Source of the DNA: Leucoraja erinacea
Lineage: Eukaryota
Assembly: GCF_028641065.1 (NCBI RefSeq)
Contig: NC_073411.1
Coordinates: forward strand, 14,136,001-14,200,000
DNA: 64,000 nucleotides
Direction of reading: 5' to 3'
The notes under the pieces were generated by a model, which was given only the letters and a program-made list of their open reading frames with translations, made no database searches and was not told the DNA's origin. How positions within the stretch are numbered: the first letter of the stretch is position 1; each line of letters starts with the position of its first letter. Below are positions 25,201-61,958 of the stretch, piece by piece. The position numbers and the translations under genes are program-made.

Positions 25201-26647
25201 TAAAATAGAATGAACCCATTGACCATAATTTACATTTTGTCCGTCATCTTGATGACAGTAAAAAACACGACACAACCAAGAAAACCAAAATAAATATTGA
25301 CGCAATTAAGTAAAAAACATTAACGTTGTTCCTTGTTAAAGACAATTTTGACAGCATCTTTTTTCGAGGTAGATGAATATTGAATAGGAAATGCAGATGT
25401 GTTTTAACTAAACAGCAGCTGGACTGAGACCAGTTGTTCCGCAGCGCTGCCCGCACCGCAGCCGAGCCCTGGTCTGCTTCAATTCCAGACAACAGTCTTC
25501 CTCGTCAATAAATGGGAGGGCAGAGCTTCGCCGCATTCTCCTACATCTGCCGGAGAATGGAACACAGATACAGTTCAGTGAACATTTTAAAACCGACATT
25601 TTACATCAGGGTCGCGTGGACATAAAAAGCAGGCGCAGGCCATTCGGCCCCGGTATAAAATGTTGTTCAATAAACGATACAAATGACAACCTGAGCTACT
25701 TTCTTGCACTAACCCAATATCATAATGTAAAAAAACAAAACAACTCATGGCTGTCTTGAATGTGAATATCAAGAACTTGCAGATGTTAGGAATCTGAAAT
25801 AAAAACAGAAAGCTCTGGAAACACTCAATCGGGCAGGCGGCATCTGTGGAGAGAAATGGTTAAGGTTTCAGATGCTGGGGCGCTTCTGGAAGGGACTCAC
25901 GCTGGCCGCCGAGGCGGGGCGCTTTCTACATCTCTACATATGTACCTGGGACGCCTGCAATGCGGCTTGTAACTCGGCCAGGTCTTCCTGGTGGACCTTC
26001 TTCATGAACGCGATCTCATCAAGGAGAGACTCGATCTTCTTCTCTTGCTCCAACCTGGCCAAAGTGGCATCATCCAGGTCTTTCCTGTACACCTTCAGCG
26101 TGGCCTCGGCCTCTTTTCGCAGCTGAAGCTCTTGGTCGTACTTATCCTTGAGTTTGTCCAGGCAGCCGGCCAGATGTTCGCAGTCGAGGCGCAGCTGGCT
26201 CCGCTCATGGCTCAGCTCCTCCACCCGGGTGCGCAGGTCGCGGATCTCCTGCTCGTACACCTGGTTGAGACGGGACGGCTCGGCCTGCTTCTGCCTCAGC
26301 AGGGTCACCTCGGCCTCCAGCACCTTGTTCTGCTGCTCCAGGTGATGTACCTTGTCGATGTAAGTGACGAAGCGGTCGTTCAGCCCTTGGAGCTGTTCCT
26401 TCTCGTTGGTCCTGATAATCTTGAATTCATTGTTGACCGCCGTGCACTGGGACAGGTCGAAAGAGTCGAGGGAAGAAGGATAGGCACTCGACCTTTTGTA
26501 AGAGAAAGGAGAGAGGCTTCTGGACATGGAGACTTTGGTCACTGAGTTTCTGGAAGGGCTGTTTGATGTCAATCGGCCGGACAACCGGAGGTTGTCGCCG
26601 TAACCCTTACGGTAAGAGCCATAGTAGCACTCGGAAGAGTAGCTCAT
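22007..26647 (-). CDS. nif: Type IV neuronal intermediate filament, XNIF-like (low molecular weight neuronal intermediate filament; alpha-internexin/NF-L family), 456 aa
   Basis: Exons 26647-25946, 24462-24145, 23448-23324, 22232-22007 (1371 nt, in frame). Rod motifs [15 protein letters not shown] and [30 protein letters not shown]. Residues [35 protein letters not shown] and [10 protein letters not shown] match the recalled Xenopus XNIF better than INA/NEFL. Short tail without KSP repeats. Confidence 0.88.
23324..23448 (-). CDS. nif: XNIF-like filament exon 3
   Basis: EAINELQ...[20 protein letters not shown], the 125-nt exon typical of type IV genes. Confidence 0.92.
24145..24462 (-). CDS. 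nif: XNIF-like filament exon 2 (L12, coil 2)
   Basis: [20 protein letters not shown]...EINNLQ, 318 nt. Confidence 0.92.
25946..26647 (-). CDS. nif: XNIF-like filament exon 1 (head, coil 1)
   Basis: [14 protein letters not shown]...LQAALQASQ, 702 nt, donor CAG|GTAC. Confidence 0.92.
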
Positions 26648-26663
26648 CTTTGGGGCCGGGTGG

Positions 26664-26732
26664 AGGAGAGGAGAGGAGAGGTGAGGTGAGAAGAGGAGAG
26701 AAGATGAGAGGAGAGGAGAGGAGAGGAGAGGA
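26664..26732. repeat. (GAGAG)n pentamer repeat just 5' of the filament start codon
   Basis: About 13 degenerate AGGAG units. Confidence 0.85.
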
Positions 26733-29700
26733 GTGGACTCGATTCGACTCGCCCTGCGTCGAATGAACAAAGGCACCTCTGCAAAGCCTCCCTTTAGTAC
26801 CCAACATGTGAACGGCCAGAGCGAATCGGCAGCGCCCAACCCCTCCCCACCGACCCTCCCTTGTTGCGACCCCTCGAGCGTGTCGTTCCTCCTTGGATCT
26901 TGGCACGCAGTGATCGTCTCATTTCCTGACTTCAGCAGAAAATGTATGCAATCGTGTCGATATTTAACACGCTACGGGCTGATTTTTTAACAAGCGAAGG
27001 GACGACATTATCAGAGAAACATCTATTGATTTAAAAAAAACTTTTCAGAACGATCATGGTGTAATCTTTCGGTTATAAATCACAGCTGGAGAAGTGAAAG
27101 GAATAATGCATCGTTACAGTGTGTTAGTTTGCCCATTTTCATGCTGCAAATCAGTGAGATGTGAAAATTTGACTATTCCCCTTTTACTTTCAATTTTCTC
27201 GACGTCTAGATATTACTGTCTGGCCAGAAACGAATAGATGCACTGTCCGGCAGGATGTCATAAATGCCTCAAGATGGAGTTAAAACATTTTCGCACTGAA
27301 TGCGCCGTCAACCTATTGCGAGTTTTAAAATTATTACTGTATTTAATTTCCCCTGCATTCTCGGAAGGAAGAACGCTGAGGTTTTATTGATAGTAATTCA
27401 ATCTCTGAATATATTATTTCCATTGTTTTAAGTCTAAAACTGAATAATAATTGTATTTGAGATTCTGCATTAACCCCCTCCTCTCACAGAGGCGATAAAA
27501 TCAAAATGGCAGAGTTGGGGGTCAGAAGGGTTGTTCATTTGCAATACCATTCGCATTGCAGCATCTGGCTGATTCTTGCAACGACACCAGGGGTTGCAGG
27601 TGATTTCCAGACATGCCGCATTGGAACATCCCTTCAGTCTATGGGACGGCCCCCCCTCCGCAAATCGAATTTTCATTGTCGGTGCAGTATCTGTGACCAT
27701 ACTGATCCACAGCAGGCGTGTCTGAATCGTGTCGCGAAGAGCAGCCCCCGGCATTGTAGTAATCTCTCACTGACTGGGTTTCATACAGACCCTCACACTG
27801 TCAGCGGGGAGGAATAACTTCAGCTATGTGACAGACTGGACAAGATGGCGTTGATTCCCAAAGAGCAGAGAAGGTTCAGTGAAAATTTGATAGAGATGCC
27901 CAAATTTATTTTCAATACATACGAGTGCCCTTAGTGGAAGAGCCAGCAGAGGACATGGGTTTAAAATGACTTACAAAAGTACTTGGGGAAAATGAGGAAT
28001 ATTTCCACATGGCAAGCTGTGATCAATTCCCAATGATAAATTTTAATTTGGGATTTGGATAAATACAGGTAAATAATGAGTTTCCATAACTCAAATGCGT
28101 TTGACAAATTAGGGAACAGAATTTACCTTACATGGACTAAACAGGTTACAATGTGATGTTGATTGGGAGCTGGAGAACCAGTTCAAAGCTACTTTGGAAA
28201 TTAACAAGAGGAAAAAGAGTTGGCTTGGAAAAGAAAATCTAGGAAAAAATGGTTTCCTTGTATCTTCCCTGCAGTAAACAGACATCATCGTTGTCTCTTA
28301 AGAATACAGTTTGTCATTTCACCATCATCGGCAAAAGAGATTAACAAACAATCACTCCTATTGACACTTGTACAGTGATACTTTGTAAAACAATGGAACA
28401 TACGACCTTTCATATTTTTAGTATGCAATAACAAAAATAAATTTAAGGTTATGAAAAAGACCTTTAATTTCTAAAATTCAACAGGAAAAGAATGTTGTTA
28501 TTGTGAGTCTGCAACTCTCTACCCCCTAACCCATTTATCCCTATTGACAATTGTTTTTATAATGCGATTTTGCATCACGTGAGGATTCTTAGGAATGCAA
28601 CTATCGTGTTATACAGCAGAACTACCTTCATGTGACAAGGAACAAAAACTCCAGGGTTATAGGGGAAAAACATGTGAATGAGAATTATTGGATAGCTCGG
28701 TCATAGGGCTGACTGGCTCACTTCCACACAGTCAGATAATGAAACTAATAACAGGAAAGATAGAGGACAATTTATTCCACACCAGACATATCCAAATTGC
28801 ATCAGGAAGCATTCACATTAGTTTATCTGCTTCAAATGCCTTCAACATGCACATTTAACTGAATCCCTGAACCTTAATTAATCAACCACATATCACGGGA
28901 GATTGTTGCTTCCTTATAAAAATAAATCAGGTAGTGCATTGCAGTTGACATTCATGATATTTATCCCAATGAGAACACTTGAGCCATACATAAATCGCCC
29001 AACAAATGCCTGGCACTGAACAGTTTATAAAACATTCTGGAAGGCAGCACATGAAGGTGTGCTATAGTGAAGTATTTAATAGATAATAACAATAGATGCC
29101 CTACATATACTAGGCACACGTAGCCATTCCTGCCTTTGCTGCAGTTTAAAGACAGTAGCATCAATTTATTCAGATGCTGCCTGTCCCACTGAGTTACTCC
29201 AGCATTTTGTGTCTACCTTTGATTTAAACCAGCATCTGCAGTTCTTTCTTACACTTAAGATTGATGAGGCAAAATATTTTCTGGCAGGTGGCCGAGCCTC
29301 TCAGTCAGTGAAGACAGAACCTTTCAATATTTTAAAGGCAGAGTTAGATAGTTCATTGATATCAATGTGGTGAAATGTTACAGAGAGATGATGGGAATTT
29401 CAAGTGTAGATTACAATCTAATCAGCAATTATTTTATGAAAGGGAGGCAGTAGCTCAATGAGTTATCTTGCCATTGATTCGCTGATGAGTAAATCTCTGG
29501 GCAATAACATTGTCAAGTTCACTTAGATATAGGAGATTTAATTGGAAAGTGCATAGTTTATTTTGCAAGGTTTCTCACTGAACTGGCATAATTAGTGATT
29601 TATAAAAAGCAAGTTTTATAAAAGATCATCTTTGAATTTCACTCATAAAACGAGTAGCTTTCAACTCCTGCCGAGATTAGAATTCACTGGGGAAGTTACA

Positions 29701-31227
29701 AGGTTGATGTACAACTCATCAGAAATTGACAGCTGCAGCACTGATTTATGGATGACCAACATTCTGGCCTGATCGAAGTCTCATTAAATCGGTGAGGAAA
29801 ACAGTTTGAACCATTGATTTGCACAAAGAACTGAGCCAGCATTTAAATTGAAAGCATTGAGCTTCAAGGCTAATGCTTTCTGCACTGACCTTTGACAGGG
29901 AGGGCATATTATAAAAAAATGAACACAATATTGAAAAGCTGTGACTTTGAGATATTCCCTTCCCCGGAAGTTCAGTTTCATTAATTATTTTGCATTTGTA
30001 AATGGGAAATGGTATTATTAGTGTAGCTGCTTTTCTTGCCCATTATTAGTTACTGTGATGCTATTAACATTCAACAATATTTTTGAATGAGATGTTAAAT
30101 CAGTTTGTCTGCTCTCCCATATGGACGCAAAATATTCCTTATCACAACTTGAAGAACCATTGGCTTCTCTCCTGGACAATAATATTTGGCCAGTGCCCTG
30201 GATAATATTTATCCCTTAACCACAGAGTTCGATTTTGGGCACTGACCAAAATTATGCCAGCTTCTGGGCATTTTTAAACTGCTATTTGTGGGAAGCTTGC
30301 TGTGTATAACTTGGTTCTAAACCCATCAATAATTGACCTAAAACCTAAGTGTTTCATTTTCTTTGAAGTTTGGGTATTTCTAGCATTTACTGTTTTTTTA
30401 ATTCAGATTTCCAGCCTGCTTTTTTTGTTGATTTTTACTGTAATACATCATCATCTTAGCATGTGGTATGGCTCAAATCCTGCAATTATGCCCGGGTATA
30501 TGTGCAAAAGGCATGTGAATTACCCAACATACCTTGAACATTGTTGATGCATCAGAATTTGCTCCCTGCATCTATGAGCTTTGCCCTGCACTGCAATGGT
30601 TCTCCATACAGGGGGGTCGTGGATAACTCAATTACCAGCTAATACTGCCATCTAGTGTTCATTGCTATACATTTCATTTTAGATGGGAATGTTTGCAAAT
30701 ACATTTCAAAAAGAGCACAAATCTAAAAAATGAATAAACTCCAGCCCAACAACTTCAAAGGCTCCTCGGCACCAATGAAGAAACAGATTACTTTTCCCCA
30801 TGTCAGGATGGTGTGTTGCTTGAAGGGAACATGGAGGCAGGGGGGATGTCCTGTTGTTAATGATAAATAATCCTGTGCATCAAATATACTCCCACCATTA
30901 ACATCGGATGGTAGAATTAAAAAGGGAGATATACTGAAAATCTAAATAGAAAATGTTGGAAATAAGCAGTAGACCAATGAGCAATCATGGAGAGAGAAAA
31001 ATATTCCACTTTCTATTTATTGGTTAATCTGCATCTTCTGTACATCCATTTTATAAAAAACAGACCAATGTAAGAGCAAATATTTTTCTTAATGTGTGCA
31101 TATAACACATACATTTTATTGGGAACTTTTGTATAAAACTATTAATATTCAAATATAGTGACATTGTATTTACAAAGAACAACTGCATTTCTTTATCTAG
31201 TTGCAGACAATTATGCTTTATATTAGT

Positions 31228-31485
31228 TTTGTTTAGAGATACAGCTGGAAACAGGCCCTTCAGCCCAGCGAGTCCGCACTGACCATTGGTCACCCGTTCA
31301 TATCAGTTCTATGTTATCTCATTTTCGCATCCTCTCCCTACACACTTGGGGCAATTTACAGGGGCCACACTGGCACGTCTCTGGGGTGTGGGAGGAAACC
31401 GGAACAGCTGGAGACAACCCACGCGGTCACATGGAGAATGTGCAAACACTACATAGACAGCAGCTGAGGTCAGGATCAAACCCAG
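31228..31485 (-). mobile_element. HE1-type SINE
   Basis: Same core and tail. Confidence 0.7.
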
Positions 31486-32228
31486 GTATTTAGACTGCTT
31501 CAGACTGGAAAAGGGTCTCGACTTGAAACATCATCTATTCCTTCTCTCCAGAGATGCTGCCTGTTCTGCTGAGTTACTCCACCATTTTGTGTCTACTCCC
31601 TCTGAAGATTACACCATCACCCCAGAGGAATTTTTCAGCCTCCCTGTTCTCCACCTGTGACTGTTTAGAGACTGTGATTGGCCGTCTTAAAATGTTTTAT
31701 GCATCAGTGGTTATAGACAGTATGTATTAGCATCATTGCACCAGCCAATGAGCTGCAGTAAGGATGGGATATTGCACATGAATAGTCTCACAGCGAACAG
31801 TCTCTTGTATTGCAGGCAAATTTGACCTACCCAGAAAAACAGAAGAAACAGAATGCAGCAACCTCTCCCAATAAAAGCAGGGAAATGTCTCCAGTTGAGG
31901 AGAGTGACCCTACAAATGACATGCTTAAAAGCCACTGCCAGCAGTGCTTAGTTAATAGAGAAATTACCTAATCATTTCCAGTATGGCTGGGAATATCACT
32001 TAAAGATACAGAGCCATCTTAAAACTCACTCCATCACCCATTCCAATGCATGACAGTGGTAACAAATAATTGTTTCTTTTAAATGCAAAAAAAACTGCAT
32101 AAGTTAGTACTGGAAATGATTAGGTATTTTCTCTATTAAAGTCGATGAGTTATCACTTGGGAATGCCATGTATTTGCTGAAGAGCAGCGTTGTACTCTCT
32201 GGTGCCTGCAGGCTGACAGGGATAGTGC

Positions 32229-56111
<23,883 letters not shown>

Positions 56112-59100
56112 TCAGCAACAACCGAGGCAACTTGAGCGAAACATCTCTGGCAGGTACATCAACTCCATGGCTGCGTCCACTTCTGAATTTTCAACAAACC
56201 CAGCTGAAACCAGACATGTTTGGAGATAAATACATCAACAAAACATAGTCGTGAATCTCAAGCAGATATCCACTTGGAGGTGACAGAAAAATATCATCTC
56301 CGGGTCCTGACTGCGCGGTTTGCACGAGTGCTCTCAGCTCAGCGCAACTGCACATTCGAGCCTGCGGCCGGAAGAGACCAACTCACATCGACATGCAACG
56401 AGCGACGCATTTCTGACACACGGCGTTAAAATATACACAGTTCTCCAGAATGGAACTTCATCCCCCCTCTAATGCACGTGTTCAACCCCAAACAGCTCAA
56501 CTTAAAACAAACTGGCAGCAATTCACATTCAACTGAATATATTTTAACGATAATAACAGGTTTCCCCCACCCCCTCCTTTAAGTTGCAATTACTGATGGC
56601 CCCTTGGGTGGCTCCGGTTGAGTTTGGCGTTCAAGGGTTTTCACACGAATCGGTCCCAAAGTGTAATTAATGTTCACAAAAGCTGGGCTTGTGTGTGCAA
56701 CGGGGCGAGTTGGGTACACTTGGTTCAATGGTACTTTATTGTCACGTGTACAGTGAAATCCCTCTTTTGCATACAATAGACAATATGTACAGGAGTAGAC
56801 CATTCGGCCCTTCGAGCCAGCACTGCCATTCAATGATCATCCACAATCAGTATCCCGTTCCTGCCTTCTCCCCATATCCATTGACTCCGCTATCTTTAAG
56901 AGCTCTATCCAGGTCTCTCTTGAAAGTGTACAGTTCAATGGCAATCCTAATATATATTGGCACATGTATACTTAGTATGAGAGATAGTAAGATAGACCAC
57001 ACTGAGTATGCACACAAGAGTCCCCACGTTTTAGGCGGTCCCTTGTACCCTTCAAGTCCAAATTTTAAAAACATGTTAAAAAAGAGTCTTAACTTTGAAC
57101 CGCTGTTGTGAGCATCAGGTAACTCAAAGTTTAAAAGTTAAAACAATCTGCAGATGCTGGAAATCAGAAATAACAGCTGAAGATGCATGAAATATCATCA
57201 TCCTTATGGAGAGACAAACAGAATTTATGTTGGCCTCTAACAACTTTCACTGAACTGGGTGAAGTTCTAAGGCAAATGTGTTTGAGGTTGAGATATAGGC
57301 TAGGGGTGGAGAGTTTGTATTATTGATTGAAAGATACAGCGTGGAAACTAGCCCTTTGGCCCACCAAGTCCATGCTGACCATCGATCACCCATTCATACT
57401 ACTTGTTATTGCACGTTTCATCCACTCCCTACTCTTAAGGCATTTTGCATATTTTCCATTAATTTCTCCTGTACAGTCCGTCTATAACTCTTGTTCCTCT
57501 TTCCCCCGACTCTCATTCTGAAGAAGGGTCTTGACCCGAAACATCACCTATTCCTTTTCTCCAGCGATGCTACCTGTCTCACTGAGTTACTCCTTTTTTG
57601 TGTCTGCCTCCTCTTTAGTTTAACTGCACCAGCCTATTTACTTTCTTAGGCATCTGAGAAAATCCAGCATGGTCACGAGGATTCTCTCAAACTTCTGCAA
57701 GCACAAATAGTAACTTGGATAGGATATACCTTAGCCGGGTATGGAAGCTGCTGTGCTCTTGTCCATCAACAAGTGGTGAAGTCCATCACAGGCTTGTCAC
57801 ATGTCTTCTATGCAGTCCATCTCCTTGGTGTTTTGTATCAAAAAGGCTGGAAGTATTTTCAATTATGCCTGATTTCATGGCATTCCCATTCTCTCTTATG
57901 GTTCTATTTGAGGTCCACACATGCTCTCAAATAAATGCAGTGAATATACCTTCTGAAATATACAGGACCTTCTGTGCAGGGTATATGCACAAAATATGCA
58001 TATGTGCATATATGTGAACGTTTACAGATGAGAAATGTGAAAATTTACAGGTGAGAAATGCACATATTAGATATATGCACAAAATATTCATAAATGCACA
58101 TATCTAATATGTGATTTTCTCACCTGTAAACTTTCAAATTACATTTTTAAATCCAACTTAAAGATATGGGGTATGGGCACATGAAACAAACATCAGAGGA
58201 TTGTTAAATTTCTTTAATTTGATATTATACACACACCTGTTCAGGAAACTTCACAGTTAAATCAACTCTAAACAGAACAAAAAGCTGCATGAAGGTTTCA
58301 CAGTACATCTCTCAAGTTTACTTTCTTATCACATAAATTCAGTCAAAAGCAATGTCGTTTTTAAATGGAGACACAAAAGACTCCAATGCTGGAACCTTGA
58401 GCAAAAACAATCAAACTGCTGGAGGAATTCTGCAGGTCAGGCAGCATATGTGCAGGGAATGGACAGATTAATGTTTGGGTCAGGACCCTTCTTCATGCTG
58501 ATCTGTAAAAGTCTGAAAATAATTCTGACCTACCCATTCCATCCACAGATGCTGCCTGACCCACAGCACTTTGTATTTTGCATGGTTTATTAAACTGGCC
58601 TGTAACCACCGAGAGGCTTGTTTAGAGGTGGTAGGACCAGACATAATGTGGTTCAACGGTGGCAACAGGCAGTGCTGTCACCCAAGTTAGGACCACCACA
58701 CCCACTCATACAACAGCCCTTGAGCAAAGCAAAATTAACAACTGATTTAGCTTTTCCATGATTCAAGATATAAATTGTAGAAGGATCATAATTCTTTCAG
58801 AATAGCACAGCAGATTCTAAAATGAACTCCTCCATCCTAAATGTCCAATTGGTGCTTTTATTTTGGGTGGTGGGGTAGAACAGCAAACCAAAGACTGAGG
58901 TTTGGACAGCAGCAGATCCAACAGTTCAATCAATCAATGACACTATCAGAGCACTTACATTTTATCCAGTCACGCTGTGCCTACATGTGGGAAATATTCA
59001 AAACATTCTTACTGAGATTCAACAACAGAACTTCAATTTGAGGCAAGTTACAGTAAAACTCAGATAATGCATGAACCAAATAGTTGGAAGATAGACATAA

Positions 59101-59451
59101 AGTGCTAGAGTAACTCAGCAGGTCAGGCAGCATCTCTGGAGAAAAAGGATGGGTGACGTTTCGGTTCGGAACTCATCTTAATAGGTTATAGGAGCAGAAT
59201 CAGGCCATTCGGCCCATCGTCTACCCCGCCATTCAATCATGGCTGATCTATCTTTCCCTTTCAACCCCATTCTCCTGCCTTCTCTTCATTACCCCCGACA
59301 TCCATACCAATCAATTGGAAGTCTTCAGTTGGAAGTCACCTTGGTTTAACACTTTACTCTGTAGGTGAATTGGCTGCACTCCCTCTCAACACATTACGAC
59401 CTAGAACTTTTTGTGTTGGATTATTAATAGAAATAACATTAATATTTCTGA

Positions 59452-59667
59452 GGTCGACAAAAATGCTGGAGAAACTCAGTGGGTGAGGCAGCATCTATGG
59501 AGCGAAGGAAATAGGCGACGTTTCGTGCCGAGACCATCAGTCTGAAGAAGGGTCTCGACCCGAAATGTGGCCTTCCTTCACTCCATAGATGCTGCCTCAC
59601 CCGCTGAGTTTCTCCAGCATTTTTGTCTACCTTCGATTTTCCAGCGTCTGCAGTTCCTTCTTAAACA
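59452..59667. mobile_element. Inverted pair of short Penelope-derived repeats
   Basis: Minus copy about 59452-59535 and plus copy about 59536-59667 (TCTGAAGAAGGGTCTCGACCCGAAA at 59541). Confidence 0.75.
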
Positions 59668-61769
59668 TTTGGTATTCCTGAGAATCTGCCAATCCAACAC
59701 CAGAGTTATAAACACACAAGATTATCCGAGTTTTACTGCATGGATAAATAATAATCCTGGGATAGAAATCTTGGGAGGGGGAATTCTAAACCTCGAGTGT
59801 CTCCACCCCACACCCATCTGCAGCTCTAGCTGCGATGATGCTTCAAGGCACAGGAAAAAGGGAAGACACTCCTGTAATACTGCTCGATGCTTGGCATCTT
59901 TCCTGCTACCTCTTACCAGTCTGCTCCTCATTAACCTTCATTGAAATAGGTTTGAGCCAAAAAGGAAACAGTGAATGGACGAATCAAAGAACATTGGGTG
60001 CAAGCAGAATCTGCTGGTGCGACTGCTGGAGACAAACTGTGCAGCTCAGGCTGGGGGAAGGACTGGTCCAAGAACACGACAGAGAGAGGCGTTTATTAAT
60101 ATCTTGTAAAATGCAGTGCCATTTCCTGTCTACTATAGTGTACAATACCTTATACCACACATATTATTGGTGTGGCAGCATTTACATGACATTCTTCAAT
60201 CAGGCCTTGTATTTACCACACTTCCTGTGTACACTCCGCTCAGGAAATAACTGATGTGTGCCTGAGAGGCATAGGTTATTGTGCATTTAACGCCACTTTA
60301 TTAACGTCAGTTATTTATGAAAAGCACTGTTCATAGTTATCAGAACTGCTGTCAAGTTCTTTTGTTAATTTTTTGTAAATGCAGCTGATACGTTTGTCCA
60401 GGCTATTACACAAATTCCTAAAGCTACATTGAAAATTAACTTTGCTTCTCCCTCCACAGATGCCTGCATGACTTGCCAAGTTTTTCCAGCATTCTCTATT
60501 GTATTATAAGTATATTTTCTTGTCTGACTCCATTATTGTTAACCTTTAGCTAACATCCTTGCCCTGTTAGGGGGGCAGGTGCAGTGCCAAGTTTGTGTTC
60601 AGTCACATATCATACTGAGGCAATGACTTTGGTGGGGTCACTCTCTGACCTAGGCGATTCTGGAAGTAACTTCTCTTGATGGTAGAGATCAGTAGTCTTT
60701 ATATTTCCACAATGCAGCTGAGTTTAAGGTTGTTGATCTCTCTACTTAATGCACCCTTGCTACAACCTTTAACTTCAACCTGGTTCAGGGTCTTTACAGA
60801 ACGCAAAATGCTGTGGCAGCTTTCACTTATACTCTATAAAGCAAAGATGGTGACAAAACAATTTCAATATGTACTGCCATTTGCAAACTAGACTGGTTTA
60901 GTTAACAGATGAAAAATGTCACAGGCACATTTACAACAGCAAAAAAAGTTATTGAATAACATTATGATCATCAAAGCCACAGCACAAATTAACAGGGTGA
61001 CAGTGAAAATATCATCTGCTTCACGAGTCTGCTCCCACCCTTACCCTCATGGGTGGCGACAGAGACTGCAGGGGCACAGCAGCACACAGATTGACTTTGG
61101 AGCAACTAGTCACTCTTAGCCAGCCCCATCGATTTGGAGACAGGGGGTGAGAAGAGTGGAGAGGAAGAAAGAGAGAGAGAGGAATCAGCCAATTCTGCTA
61201 GTGGAGGGTGAAAAGGTAGAGGAAAAAGCAGGCAGCGGATGGGAAAATAGGAAAGGGGACATGGGAAAGAGGGAAGTATCTCAGGCTGCAGATTCTGCTC
61301 ACCACCCAACATTAGGTGACAAAGTGACCAGGCATTGGTAACAGAACATAGACACAAAAAGCTGGAGTAACTCAGTGGATAGTCTAGTACGTGACTGTGC
61401 TACCTCAGCAAGAGTCAGTGTCTAGATGAAATTATAGCAATTAAATTTTAGTCTACCGCCCCAGAATGATTTTCACTGTACAGCATGTGCGTTGTGAAAT
61501 GTAGTGCGGACTCTGCCGAGAGGTCGTAACCCCACCCTAGCTGTGCTTCCTGTTCCTGGACAACTGTTCATCTTTGCCACCGGCCTGCAGCAGCAGCTGA
61601 GGCCACCCTGCCTTTGCTCTGAAGCCTAGGGTCCACAGCTGTGTGTGAGCTGTAGTCTCTAGTCACTTGAGTGGGCTGCACTGGAATATTTGGTTCATTG
61701 CGACGGTCCTGCTTCGGTGCAGCAACTGCTCCTTAACCGAAAATTATGCTTCAGGGGCAAGGCATGGCT

Positions 61770-61958
61770 TTACTTTGCTATCGATCTTAACGAATCCTTC
61801 AGACCCTTGGTCATGCTTGGGATCAACACTGAATGATCATCCACACATTTAGTGACACAGAATTCTGCCTTCTGCTTGACGTCCTGCTCTTTCGCTCCTG
61901 AATCAAAGGCATCCTTTGCCCTGTCGTTGCAGTCCATCATGCACCTCTGCAGACGGTT
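61770..61958 (-). CDS. FAM136A: FAM136A coding exon 3
   Basis: 189 nt including TAA. Confidence 0.93.
   Translation of the reverse strand, partial: NRLQRCMMDCNDRAKDAFDSGAKEQDVKQKAEFCVTKCVDDHSVLIPSMTKGLKDSLRSIAK

Noticed and set aside
26648-26839. N-terminal extension of the filament ORF
   Set aside because: Upstream of the MSYSSE start typical of type IV heads; it translates a pentamer repeat and is probably 5' UTR or promoter.
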